In this document: positions 29,070-42,268 of the stretch, piece by piece
How the letters are laid out: the number at the start of each line of letters is the position of its first letter
How positions within the stretch are numbered: the stretch's first letter is position 1
Assembly (NCBI GenBank): GCA_030704615.1
Contig: CM060734.1
Span: 22,134,001 to 22,198,000, forward strand
DNA length: 64,000 nucleotides
Direction: 5' to 3'
From: Takakia lepidozioides
Lineage: Eukaryota > Plantae > Bryophyta
Notes under the pieces: generated by a model
Databases searched by the model: none
The model's input: the letters and a program-made list of their open reading frames with translations, nothing else
Told to the model about the DNA's origin: nothing
Position numbers and translations under genes: made by a program

Positions 29070-31830
29070 ATGAAGGCGTTGTTTGCGAACTCATTCGGAG
29101 CAGCTGCACATGTAGGCAGTCGGCCCTCTTACCCATCTGGCGATACCAAAAATTCCACCACTGCAGCGTTGCGAGACAGAATTGTGTCTGGGAAGCAGTG
29201 TTCGAGTTCAGGGGTCCGTCAACCTTGCAAGCGCAGGGTGGGATTGATGTCAAAACACGTGTGGATAGAACCGCCTCGGGCACCCAGGCGGCCTAAAGTT
29301 ACCGAATTCGTAAGCTCGGTAAAATGTTCTAGCTTGCAAGGAGGCGTTGCCGCCGAATCTGCACGAGGGCAGATCAGTGTCAAGAACCTGCGATGGACGG
29401 AGGAGGATATTGAATTGTCAGGGTATGATGCAGGCGATGTCCGAAGGGTAACACTAATACGTACCATGTCCGTGGACATGGACGGGGTGCCTGTGCAATG
29501 CGATGGTATGTTAGATCAATTACAGGTCGCTGTGGGTTCCTCTCAATCGGAGATTGAAGCTTGGCCGCAGCCTGCAGTTGGTGGATTTACTAGCAGCAAT
29601 CAATTCTCCCTAGATATGTCTTCTGCTATAATTGGAGCTAGCGCGGCCTCGGACGTGCAAGTTCTGGCAGCTCCTGTGTATGAGCCCAAGCTCGTATGGT
29701 TCGCAAAGTCCGAGAAGGAAGAGGATAGATATCTCGACAGAGCTATCAATGTCACGTTAGCCGGGGCTGCCTTCTCGTACGCCGTGGCAAAAATCTTCAC
29801 GATTGACCATGACTATTGGCATGTAAGTAAAAAACTTGCAGAGAGCATCATAAATTCCTTCCATAACTTTGAAATGTTTGCTGTAAGCTGCGCGTGTACA
29901 AAAGTAAATGTTGTGTACAGAGCTCTTCAGTGATCCTTCTAAGTAATTTATGCAGGAAAAAAGTTTATATGAACTCAGGCTGCCTTGAACAATTAGGCGG
30001 AAGGTTCTGATGTGCAGGAAGGATTCAACTAACGCAATTTCCTTTCCTGGGGGCAGGGATGGACTATTTTTGAAATTTTGAGATATGCGCCGCTGCACAA
30101 TTGGAGTGCATATGAGAATGCTCTACAGAGAAACCCAGTGCTGGCGAAGATGATGATTAGTGGCTTCGTCTACTCTCTTGGTGACTGGATTGGCCAGGTT
30201 AGGAGGATTCCTTCATCGCACTCATATCTCCTCCTTCAAGAGTTCAGAAGTAGGAAGGTTCAGTTGGACAACCAATGCCATGTAGATGGGCAAGTCACTG
30301 CCTTTTGTTCATCCAAGAAGGGTCATATGGAGTGTAAAGAAAGACACACATGTGGACACCAATTGGGAATGGGAGGAGTGAGATGTGCGCAATACAAGAC
30401 AATGGGGGACAATGAACCTGAATACAAAAAGGGTTCAGAACATAAAGGATGCACAGTTGGAGATAGAGCAAGACATGCTGAAGAAATGCGGAACCAAGCA
30501 AGAGTTAGTAGCAGGGGATGATTATCTTGATCATGATACCGCCACCACACCAATATACAGAAATCTTAATGTCATCAACAACAACAATGTGCAAGGGTTG
30601 TGTGGTCAAAATTTATTGAGTGAAGATTCAAACATCATTCCTGTAATGGCACTTTTTCTGGACTTTTTGATGAATGTGTCAGGCACTACTGTAGTTTGCA
30701 ATTATAAACTAAAGTTGATTGTACTGGAAGCAGGGGACTTTCTGATGTAGTTGGCCTGACCTAACAAATATTGGTGCATGTCCCTTAATTTCCAGTGCAT
30801 GGAGGGGAAGTCCGTGTTCGAGTTTAACAGAGTACGCCTACTAAGATCGGGCCTCGTTGGATTCTGCTTACATGGGTCCTTGTCCCACTATTATTACCAT
30901 GTTTGCGAGGTATAAATTCTCACCACCAGGATTTTGTTTCCTCTTGTCAGCTGTGTGCTTGTTTTGGGTGAGAAAGGAGCGTCAGGTGCGAAGTTTGTCT
31001 TACAGCTGGTAACTGATTTGGCATTTTGTCGTTCTGTCTTTGCAGTTCTTGTTTCCATTCAGGGGTTGGTGGGTGGTTGCACTCGAAGTCTTGTTCGACC
31101 AGACAATCTGGTCAGCCATATGGAATAGTGTGTATTACATCGTGCTGGGGCTTCTACGGTTTGAATCACCTGCCACCATCGTGAACGAGTTAAGAGCAAC
31201 ATTTTTCCCTCTACTCAGCGTAAGAAACTCTCCTTGAAATGCCAATCGTCCATTCAAACCCTTGGTTGTTTCCATTCCTGTCCTGGATGTAAATCAAGTA
31301 GTTCGTTATTGAACAAAACTTCAGCCATGGTTTCCAGCTCTATAATGTAAACATTGTCTGAATGGTTTGCAGGCTGGGTGGAAACTATGGCCATTTGCAC
31401 ATGTAGTGACGTACGGGTTTATCCCAGTAGAACAGCGACTACTGTGGGTGGATTGTGTTGAGATAATCTGGGTCACTATCCTCTCCATGTAAGTATGCTC
31501 CCACAATACATTCTATATCTAAGTTGAAGTGTAAAGTGAACAATCTTCAGAGCAGCAGTTGGCGACTAAGTTAGAAATGAAATTTAGGCACAGTTGAGAA
31601 TATAGTTTGAATAAATGAAAGATGGGATGATTATGATGCAGAGCCAAAATCCATGATAGTATTAGACAATGTCCTCCACAATCTAGCCTATGCAAGTTTG
31701 CAGATGTTGAATTTACACCTTGTGCAGGTTTGCAAATGAGAAAGCCGAGAAGAGATCAGGAGAAAGCGAAAAGGTTCTCATTTTATCATCGGGATTGGTT
31801 GAAAACATACCAAGCGAGAAGCTGCAATAA
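29070..31830 (+). CDS. Mpv17/PMP22 family membrane protein with long, probably plastid-targeting N-terminus; 6 exons
   Basis: Exons 29070-29822, 30057-30197, 30796-30909, 31046-31219, 31373-31488, 31728-31830 splice in frame. Motifs DHDYWHGWTIFEILRYAP.HNW, LAKMMISG.VYSLGDW, FDQTIWSAIWNS, GWKLWPFAH..TYG.IPVEQRLLWVD. Confidence 0.92.
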
Positions 31831-33129
31831 CGAATAGTGTTCTCTAGTACCACGGAGGGGCGTCGATTGTGCAAAGAGGTGCTCAGTAGTGAAATTTAGG
31901 TTTGCGGGGCTGTTAGAGCTCCAAAAGCAAGTAGTGGGCAGGTTAGTCATTTACATGAATTGTGCCAGTAAGATGATGGTGAAAAGGAAGCAAAAGAAAA
32001 TAGACAATTCCAACTCCATAGATACATCAAAATCAGAACAGAAAATATGTAATGTTTGATATCAATCAAAGACATCAACTGCCATTGCCAAAATCCACAA
32101 GACTCGATTTTCTCCAGTTTACATGTTTTGGTGGGGGGATAGAAAGGAAAAATAAACATCCCTAGGAAGTTGAAAGAGCTTATGAAGCTATACAAGCAAG
32201 ACAATAGACAGTATCTACCACTCGTTCTCCAAAGGGGAGAAGACCACCACTGCACCACTCATTCTACAGTGGGGGCTATAAAAGATGGGAGCATGGATTG
32301 AATGGACACCTTCAGACATGTCCAATGATCTTGCTTAATTCTTTCATTCACAGCACAAGGACCCGCTGCAAAGGCTACAATATACCATTGATTATCCCAC
32401 AAATCAGTTCAGATTTTTTTCCTTGTCTAAAGAGAAACACCTGGAAGTGACAGTTCACAAATCAGGCCCTCCTTAATTACATTGAGAGGAGAAAATAACC
32501 TCTTTCACAGTAACCTCGCCGTGACACTTGCTGATGGGACAGGAAGAGGGCGTTCAGATTAACTCATCCATGCATTAATTCACCAATCATTTGTCAGTTG
32601 ACTGCTTAATCAGTAAACTTAACTGCCGAGCCAGAAAATTCCATCAGTTAACTGACATGGATAACAGTTGCTCAAAAGCCTCTGAACTCACATGGACAGG
32701 AAGGTACATGATCTCTCCTAGATTAACTCAAATCAAGAATTTCTGTCAAGCTAGAAACCTTATTGTAATATTGCTTAGTCGGCTCAGACCGGGAACCAAT
32801 GGATAAAGAATTACAAAACTTAGTCTCCAAAAGTGTCTGCTCAGGAAAAAGGTTAATTACTGAGAGGGGAACCAACCCTCCTAAGATGATAAACTGCTCA
32901 TTCTTTGAGGTTACTTTGTCTGAACTCGACTATCACAACACACTTGGTTGAGGTGGGAATGGAATGACTCACCATCCCCAATGACTCCGTTGAATCTCAC
33001 AGCCCAAATTAACAATTACTCAACAGTCTTTTCACTAACCAAACAGTGCAACTTCCAGGTCTAGTGCAAAGACCAATTCAAGCAGTTAATCTAGGGCTGA
33101 TCACCTCTCGTCTTCGGGCTATAAAGATC

Positions 33130-36100
33130 TTACTGCTCCTGCATCAGCTCTTCCTCGTTGAGACCATTAGTCTGAGCAAGCCGATAGTAAAGAAGCAATG
33201 CTGTAGCCATGCAGGACCTGCTACCCACAAACCACAGTTACCCTTATTCTGGACAAGTAACCTTCATTAGGCAGTTCATGGAGGGTTGCCCAAAAGATGT
33301 TATGGAAGTTCAGGTGTGATAGCAGTAATACCCCATTTAAAATAGGACTGGACCAGCCTAGCAGGGACTATCATTATTTTTGTTGCCAGCGAGAGGGATC
33401 GGATTTCCTAGCTTAGGAGTTTAATTATGATCAATCATTTGGCCCAAGTGCAAATTGACATTTCTGGCTAAAACAAAGTTGTTCTTGGAACAAACAAGCT
33501 CCATGGCATGAAGCTTTGACAATGTTGAGCCTAACAGGTTTATGAGCCAGCCAAGTTGACCAAGAACTTCAGTGAGCAACTTGCCAGGCCTACAGACTCG
33601 CTCCTTAAGATTAAAGATCCAGAGAAATGGTGGTAACAATACCAAAACCACCACCCATGGGTTTCCCACACACTAACAAGACTGAAGTTCATGGCCTACA
33701 CTGCCCACCCCAAAGGTTGATCCCTACGACCAAGAAATAGAAATAACTGAACCCATTAGACTGTTCATCAGAGAGGCCATATACACTGCAATGCTTGGAC
33801 CACAGAAAAGTAGACGATGTACTCTTGCCATTCCCTACGAAGGTTGGCTTGCCACAGCCTTACGGCCATCGACCCCGCGGGAACTAACGTCCCGGAGCCT
33901 TTTGTGGAGTTCACACCCACTAGAGTTTAGCTGCAGGTATTAACTTATTTTCCCGCCACTGCCATTAAGGTGCTCACAGAGGCACTTGTCCACATGCAAA
34001 GTCAAAAGCCCGATTGCAGAGATATTGACTTTATATTTTTAGCCCTGCGTTTACCACACAAATGACGTGCAGGGGGAAGACATCTGCCCATCACACTGGT
34101 TGTGTGCAGGGCGAAAAGAGGGACGGTAGAGAATGACCCAATGAGAAGAAAGAGGGGCCACTTCTGTGAATGTGAGACGCACACAAAGGTTGACTTACAG
34201 GATTGCAAAAGCAAGAATGATCTTCCTCACATCCATTGTGGAGGAGCGCTGGCGTCGCCGCGAACGCCCATCAATGAGTTCCTCTGCCTCTGGGCCGTCG
34301 CGCCCATCCTTCCTGGCAGAGGCGGTCACGGGCAGCGTTGGCAATCCTGGAGACCAAAACGGTAGCAAATACCTCACCAGTTGCCTATGCACAGGACCTG
34401 CCCAACAACGGCATTTTTGTTACAAAGATAGCCTAACACCAGATATACAACATAAAAAGCATGTTGAAATCAAGTTCTTGCCTGCCAGGGAGTCATCTCT
34501 AAATTTTCAACCACTTCAAGCAAATGACTACGATGCTTCATTAGTCATTAGAATGTAATCATAAGAGATTGTTAGCCATGTGACTTTGTGGCCATAGACC
34601 CCGTGCCCAGTTTGGGCATAATAATTCATAATTCATCAGAGAGAAAGACAGTGCTGATGGAGAAACACTTGATTGGAACTCACCCCGCCGAGAATACTTG
34701 CGGCTAATCCCATCTTCATCATCCTCATAGTCCACAAACCCTGCACCATTTAATCTATCTCCACGAATTGACGTCTTTCTAGTCATAGTTCCCGTTTGTA
34801 GTTGCTGTTGCATACAAGGAAGGGCATCAGATAACAGTCATTCTGTGCAGCTGATAAGAAGCAGTGAATGTAGAATTGATGCACTGTAATTTAGTGTGTG
34901 GATTTTGTCTGGTACAGTACTCATGAGTGCTACTGGTTACAAGGATGAATTGGGTTACTAATACAGGTCCCTGTGAAGTAGACATCCTTACTGAGAAATA
35001 CTCCCAAGCCATGATGCAAGTCTGATACATGGTGATTCACGTTGTCTAAGAAGAACATCGGACCAGGTTTGACAATGTTCCACCCACAGGTTGGTGATTT
35101 AGTACTGAATCCATTTAACAACCTGAAGCAAGGCAGGGACAGTGAGTCAGGAGGGAAGGAGTTTCACTTACAGCTGCTGCCTTAGAATAGCGGGGCTCAT
35201 GAGATATGACACTGACTGTGGGGCCCCCGGATACTGTGGAAGAAGATGCCTCGGCCTCTGGTGCCATGTCGGATTTGGAACCAACACCTGGCCCATTCAC
35301 CCTGGCCATGGGCAGCCCATCTCCATTGGCCAAAGAACCCTCACCCAGATGGTTGTCTACTGAGTGGTCATGCCCATTTGCCATGTTGACCTTAGTGGTT
35401 GACGGAGATATGGCAGCTACCTCAATCTCAGAAAATCCAGATGTAGGCGCTGTAGTATCGGGGAGTGAAGTCGACACAAGTGGCCCTGTAGAAAATGCTG
35501 GTGGAGGTGCCCTTGGGCCAGTCTCATCATTTCCTAGAAGAGTGTTTGCAACACCACTCTGCAAGCATAGGCTCGTGCTGAGATAATATAGAAAGACCAC
35601 TCCCTTGCAACTTGTTGTTTGGTTTCTGTTGTATGTGTTGTTGCACTGTCTCACATGGGCCCTCTGGGCCTCTGAGCATGTATAAACTTCTCCTCTGTTG
35701 CTCCTCACTCTGTAGGAATTAAGATTTTCTACTGCTTCATCGTTTGTGGTGTGTTCTTGTCCAATAAGCTCTCTGGGCTTCCCATGGACATTACATGGAC
35801 ACAATCATATTCCCCCTCCATGTCACCCAATTAGGCTGAGCATATGACCATTCCAGAGCAAAGATCATAACAAATAAGCTGAGCAGAGAAGCATACCCGA
35901 TACAAACCTGAGAGATGACATCTTTCAGCTTGTTGTGCAATGTAGACCCCACATCTTTAAAATGCTTGTTTGGAGGCCATATCTGTGAAAATGAAATGCA
36001 CATGAAAGGATTCGACCAAATCACATTCCAGCTAGTGCTCATTATTTGTTACATATATTTGTTACTGACAAACAGCTATTTTAAGAGAGTGCAACCACCA

Positions 36101-38497
36101 TGCAGACTGACTGCTTCCCTAATATACAAGGTGCCACCATGGGCTCCTTAGACACAGGAATGGCTTACTGGTGTGGCGCATGTAGGGCAGACATAGCCAG
36201 CAGGAGCAGTGTGCGGAGGAAAGCTTCGAAGATGAGACTCCAGGCAGCTCGTATGTGTGATGTCTGTCATCCCGACACGGACACCGAACAATGATAAAGT
36301 TCAGCAATAAGAACTAAACAGCTGAAATTAGCCAGCAATAGTAGATTAGACTTGTTAAACTTAAATCCTATGACTGTAGATACACTTCTTAGAAGATTGA
36401 CTTGGCAGAACATATGCAGCTCACAGACACTAGGAACAGCTGAGGTACATCAATGAGAAAAATGCTCCCAAACCAATCTATGGCCACTCAGATATGCTAT
36501 GGAAAAACAGATATTGGGCCCTCAATCCCCGCTTACCAGTTCTCCAAAGAAATTGGTTAAACCCTTCCAGAGAAGCTCACATGTGGGTCATGTCCTAAAT
36601 TTGAGATCTGTTTGAACCATCTGATGCTTCGTTTAAGACTGCTGTGAGATTGTCACCAGAAATCCAACCACTCGGATACAAGTAGCAGAGATTGAAGGTT
36701 CTGCATCAGAAAATAATAAGACAAATGAAGGGAAACTTACGTAAGCAACCAAGGCGAGTCGTAGCTGTGTCACCATCTTCGAGAATGTGTTGGCAAGAGC
36801 TGCATTTGGGTGGCCAGTCAAAATCACCATCTATAACCCACTCTGAATATGTCCTGACCTGCCACAGAGACCCCGAAAAAAGCCTTTTCTATCAAATTAC
36901 ACATTTGACATCAATGGATCATTTCTCCATTGTTTCAAAGGATTGCTTTCAACCCATACCACAAATTCAGAAACAAGATTTGCTCATGACTATTCAGTGT
37001 TGCTCTTGCTCCTGCACACACAACTCATTCCCTGATGGTATCTCTGACAACCACACTCACCCTTATCCCACACATCAAAGCTTACCTATCTGAAAGATGC
37101 AAACTAGCTCTAACTTGCCCCCCTCTCTTGGACAAAACAGAATCTACAGGGAGCTCTAAGTCTTCTGAACAGCAAACATACTCAAAGACAAATTACAGCT
37201 GGTCTTACATCTGGCCAGAACTTGTTCAAGTTGGGAATATCATATAAGACGGGATAGCAGAAGATAGTACCACACAGAATTGATGCTCTGGATGGCAGAT
37301 GCATTCAGCACACACCGGCCCCTTGTGCACAAAACAATAGAGCTTTGTTGCCTGTCATCACCCATTGATCAAATTCTATTCACATTTTAGCACACTCAAA
37401 CTAAAATTGAGGAAGAGGACAGCAGGAGAAAGGGAATAATAAGAACCAAGACTTGATCCAACAGAGGGTAGGCAGGCAAGGGACACCCTTGGCGACCAGA
37501 GTGGGTCAATGATGTGCCATCGAACAGAAAACAACTCAATAAATACATAAATAAAAAAGTTGGAGATTAAAGCATTCCAATGATGGGCATTCGGCAACTG
37601 CAAGTGTGTGCAAAGGACATGATTAATTTAATGTGAGACTGCAGGAAAGGGCTTCTCCAGAACAAGAACCATAAACGCGGTCAAAGGACATTTTCCTACA
37701 AATCAATCCACACAACCATGATGCGCAGCACTTTGAAGTTGTGCCCAGGAAGCAGTCACTTGCAAGAATCCAGATACAACACATCTCTGGCCTTCTCTAT
37801 TTGATGAGGGGCAACAAAGAGGGAGCAAGGGCGGGTCAAGAGAAAGAGTAAAACAAGCGGGACAAGGTGAAAGAGATGTTTGAATTGGAGAAAACCCACA
37901 CATCAACTCTAGTGAGGGACACATCCCCAATCTGCAATCTGCAATTCGAATGCACGAAGTTACATGCACATAAAAGCTTCTGCACTAGACAAAAACCTAG
38001 ATCCTCCGTGCAATGTCGCACTATAGGGACAATTAAACATAGACGGGAATGGTTGGCTCATTTCTTGGCAGGTAACAAGTGAAAGCAGGATGGAAGTTTA
38101 AGTGTTGTATGGTTAGCATCTCCCTACGATATTGCAAACAAGTCACGAACTACGATTTCAGTACATACAAATGACCCCACGGGGAAGTAAATGTGAGATG
38201 CAGTAGAACCAGTTTACCATCCGCCTGACCAGGATGCTCAAATGTTGCATAGAAGTACATGTTTGCATCGATCCACAGACCTTATCTGACCCTCGATTGG
38301 TGGAATGGCTATGGTAGTATTCAATTATCAACTTGAAGCTGCAAACTTTGAGACTAATCAAAGAGACGCTCAAAAACATAGAGGAAAAACAAGAAGATAG
38401 AAAGGCATTAGGTTGATCTCAGATTGTAACCCACTCCTCTGACACATCCTAGAGAAACCGGATAGGAACATACCTTGCGGCATCTGCACACCACCAT
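33130..38497 (-). CDS. ZFPL1: Zinc finger protein-like 1 homolog (B-box-like + RING/PHD, C-terminal membrane anchor); 9 exons
   Basis: Exons 38497-38474 (MVVCRCRK), 37351-37271 (ATKLYCFVHKGPVCAECICHPEH), 36858-36741 (VRTYSEWVIDGDFDWPPKC), 36263-36169 (SFPPHTAPAGYVCPTC), 35982-35908, 35558-35172, 34804-34684, 34397-34199 (RKIILAFAIL), 33217-33130 (SCMATALLLYYRLAQ..*). All introns are GT-AG. Confidence 0.92.
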
Positions 38498-38994
38498 GGC
38501 CTCTACAGCCAATCACTTAAGCACCCACCCACGTTCTCCCTTGGACCTTCCTGCTTGTTGCGTGCGGCAATCCTACAATCTCTCTTTCTTTTCCTCTCAC
38601 TCTCTCTCTCTGATCTATGGAGATGTGTTCTTCACTCTCCATATCGCACTCGGAGCATCTGGAAACCGGCTAGCACGGTCGCCCCCCGCTGGGCCGAGAC
38701 CTACCCGGTCACCAGAACAACGGATGCCGATGATAGCGGATCAGCAGGGAAAAAGCTGCTACATAGATTGATTGAGCAGCATAATAGATGGATGATGGTT
38801 TTTTCATCCAATGAATATTATCATTGGGCATGGATGGTTGTTGGGGTCTTTTCGGTATGTAAATGGTTAGACGAAATCAGTGTGTTCCTATGGAGCGCGC
38901 CCTCAAAGACAGTGCGGTATGTAAATGGTTAGCCGAAACCAGTGCGCTTCTATGGCAGATTGCCGACTCCATTCTCAAAATTCAAAAATTTAAG

Positions 38995-39468
38995 CCCTCA
39001 TGTGCTGCAAGCACGTTCAACCATCTCCACATTGCCATGAATCTTGCAGGCACCAAGCAAGGTCCTCCATACCACAACATCTAATTCAATTGGAATTTTG
39101 TTAATGAAGTCCTCTGCCTCATCTAATCGCCCTGTAGAAGGTCAACCATGCAGACAAAGTGCTCTGCTGTTGAAGTGACACCATGATCTTGACTCAGTGA
39201 ATCAAAGTAGTGTTTTCCTTCATCTACTAGGCCAACAGGGCTATATACGGAGAGAACACATATGAAGGTGTAACTGTCCAGTTCAAGCCTTCCTTTTGCA
39301 TTCCTTCAAATAGTTGCAGGGCATTCCTGTGACAACCATGCTGGGCATATCATGTGATCATTGCAGTCCATGACACCAGATTTCGTTCAGCCATATTGTC
39401 AAACACTCCTTTTGCTTCTTCGATGCTGCTGCATTTGGCATGTCCACCAGGGTATTGTTCAGGATGAT
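38995..39468 (-). pseudogene. C-terminal half of a PLS-E class PPR gene (S-P2-L2-S2-E1 remnant)
   Basis: Minus strand, frameshifted: ILNNTLVDM..VFDNMAERNLVSW..HGCHRNALQLFEGM..GLVDEGKHYFDSL..EHFVCMVDLL..GRLDEAEDFINKIP..VVWRTLLGACKIHGNVE. No DYW domain visible. Confidence 0.85.
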
Positions 39469-40800
39469 TGGTGAGAGGGGATATGGAATGTAGTGGCTTT
39501 CATGCCATGTGTATCCGTTAGGAGGCATTTGAGGCGGGTTGGGAAGTCGGCGGGTATAAGGGAGCATGTGGTGGAGTAGTGGACAAGTAGTATGAGGGTT
39601 AGGGTGGGTTGGAGGTATTTAGGGAGGGGTGGGGTGCGATGGTATTGGAGCTGGTCTGGGTCAATTGCGGCTAAGGGCATGACCTCGGGGGGGGAGCTGA
39701 AGAAGGGGGTGCGGGTTATTAGGCAGTTGTTGGTGTGTTAGTATCAGAATGGTGGTAGCAGTGGGGGAGGATTGCGCCGCGAGGCAGGTCCATTGTAATG
39801 CCTCATGCGTGGAAGAGCCTGGGGGCGAGTGTGCATAGCCGTGACCGGCCCAGATGTGTTGGGAGGCAGAGCCAATGGCTCCAAATAGGCAGTCGCGGGG
39901 GTGCGAGCTTGAGTATGATGAGAGGAGCATGAGACATGTAAGTGGGCTCGAGTAGTAAGAGTGCGTGATTTGGAAAGATTATATAAGGAGTGCTAGAATG
40001 TCTGGTGGGAGGGTAGTATGAGACTGGGCTTGTGTGAGCTTGAGGGGGGAGCAAGGTTTTTTTGGGGGGGTATAGATCAAATAGCGGTCTACGAGCCAAC
40101 AGACTTCTGTGGCAAAATGTTGCCTATCTGGCGTGAACTGACTGGATGGTGGGTTTGAAGTAGAAAATATGTGCCAGAGCCAAGTGAGTGGGTCATTCGG
40201 GATGAGTCCCATATAGCGACCATGAGAGACATATAGCTTGGACAGACGTTTGCCGAGACGTAAAATGGGGGAGATGTGTAGTATGTCTTTGTCCGCGTTA
40301 CATTCTGCGATGCAGACATGTATCTCAAGAGCATCTAGGGGGTTTTGTGGATGACCCAAGTGTCAATCTAGGGGCCAATGTATATTTAGACCCTGGAGTG
40401 GTTATCTTGACGGTAGATTGCGGTGGCTCATCTTTCTCGAGTTGAGCCTCACCGCGTCTAGCTATGGCGCCGTACTGTGGATTCCCCAATGGCATGGGGT
40501 GCACTTTGCTCAACTTAATATATGAGTGATGTTTTCATGTGTAAGTGTGTGAGCTTGGTAGAGAGCTTGTGTGCTTGTGTCCTTCCTGTTTATCCCTAGT
40601 GGTTGGACTAGTGGCTGCACTAGTGGTGGCTAGTGACAGCCTAGTGGCTGCACTAGTGACGGACTAGTGATAGACTAGTGTTTGGTGTGCACATGTGTTG
40701 TGTGGTTTTGGACGACGTTGTAGTTGTGTAGCGATACGTATGCGCACGACACAAGATTTGAGCCCTGAATCACCCGGGTGGCACGCAGGGTAATATCCTC
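39469..40800 (-). mobile_element. Non-LTR retrotransposon copy 3, 5' half of the same family
   Basis: Homologous to copy 1 ~2920-3790 (ECNADKDILHISP..WLW..RQHFATEVCWLVDRYL..SSHPRDCLFGA..). Stops just before the point where copy 2 starts. ctagtg tandem repeats at 40597-40681. The 5' boundary is approximate. Confidence 0.75.
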
Positions 40801-41339
40801 ATTTATGGCATGCACAAGAAGTTGAACTCCAGACCTAAAGGCCAAACAAAACTGGTTATGACCATGAAACTGTTCATCCAGGGGATGTCATTCATTAGAA
40901 ATATGGATAGAATATTCTAGTGGCAACTGTCTCGATCGAATTGGAAGCCTAATCGAAAGTATCGGTGCTAAAGCAGCCTAAAGCAGCTGAACCCTTTGCG
41001 TAGTCTTATCTTAGGAAGGTAGGCCAACAAAAGTTTTTGGCAGTGCTTTACACTCTCAAAATTATGACCAGTTTGACTTTATAAAATACTAGTTACGGAC
41101 GGTGCCCCCTTTCTCATCCTCATGGTCTGTTTTTTCGAGGTTATTTTTTCCTCACTTTATTAATAAATTCCCGGCCCTTCCATCGGCCTTCTCTAAATTT
41201 AAGGGAAAAAAAAAGACCATTAAGGTCCGTAGCCTCTGATTGGCAGAATGGGCAACGGCTTGCCCATTTCATAATACATAAGAAAAAATGTGGCACTTGA
41301 CTTGAGCTTCTCGTAGGTAATGCTCCTCCTCCTCTCTCT

Positions 41340-42000
41340 CATTTGGTTTTTTTGTTCTTTTAGGGCGTGGCGTGCGATTTTTCTTCAAGCTATAATGACC
41401 TATGAGGCATTTTAATTTTCTTACCATGTTTAAGAATTGAAATTTATGGATGGATCTTAACTTATATTTTTAATTATTGTGTCATCATGTATATAATTTG
41501 TGAAGGAGCCATCTATATATAGTAATGGGCACATATCACCTCGGAAGTGGTTGTGGGTTCAATCCACCATATCATAAAGGTGTCCACCTTGCTGCATGAA
41601 GACAGTAGAGTCAAAAGACATCATAATTTACGTTTCCTTTGGGAGGCGTCAGATAATAATAATAATAATATTGTACATCTTGAAAGAATATGTCCTAAAA
41701 TAAAAATTGGCATTAAGATCTAGTTGTTTTTTCCAGCCAAATATATATATATGGTTATTCTTAATTATCTAATTTATTTAATCAATTAATTAGGACCCGG
41801 ACCCGAACTAGTGAAACCCGCTAATATTGTCCAACAACCACCCGGACCCTGACCCGACCCTGTGTTCAAATACCCGGACCCCCATTTTTCTCAATTTTAA
41901 AAACTTGGATCCAGACTTGGACTTGGCTCTAGAAAAAACTTACCCCAACCCCAAACTGGTGGGTTCCTTAAATAGGCACCACCCGCACAACACAACACTG
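41340..42000 (-). mobile_element. Partial, diverged relative of the hAT element at 26035-27650
   Basis: Ends acccgcacaacacaacactg at 42000. 41790-42000 is an inverted match to 26035-26260 (acccgg repeats). 41525-41568 is an inverted match to ~27290-27335. Confidence 0.75.
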
Positions 42001-42011
42001 GTACTAATGGA

Positions 42012-42268
42012 GGAGCTCCTAATTAAACAGAGGAGCCAAGGGCCTTCCATCTTTTCTTAATGCATTTCTGGCCTTTTTTTTGTTCTTTTTTTCTGAGGAA
42101 AGGAGAGGAAGCCCAAAGTTATTGAAAGCTTTATTTAAATTATTGGAGGGAAAAAAATTAAAACCCTTACAGGCCCCAAGGTTGCCATAATCGGTAAATG
42201 GTGTTGCCTTTCTAAAAAAGAAAAAAGAAAAGGGTTTAGGAATATAGGTATTTAAGGCAGGAGCTCCC
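42012..42268. mobile_element. MITE-like element bounded by ggagctcc; related partial copies at ~41140-41230 and ~42790-42950
   Basis: ggagctcct...ttaaggcaggagctcc termini with an AT-rich interior. The end taaggctggagctcc recurs at 42934-42948. Confidence 0.45.

Noticed and set aside
14743-39468. Idea that the LINE site-specifically targets PPR genes, since both junctions hit the same PPR motif position
   Set aside because: Both junctions are internal to the LINE and complementary, which one inversion explains better. Copy 1 is not in a PPR.
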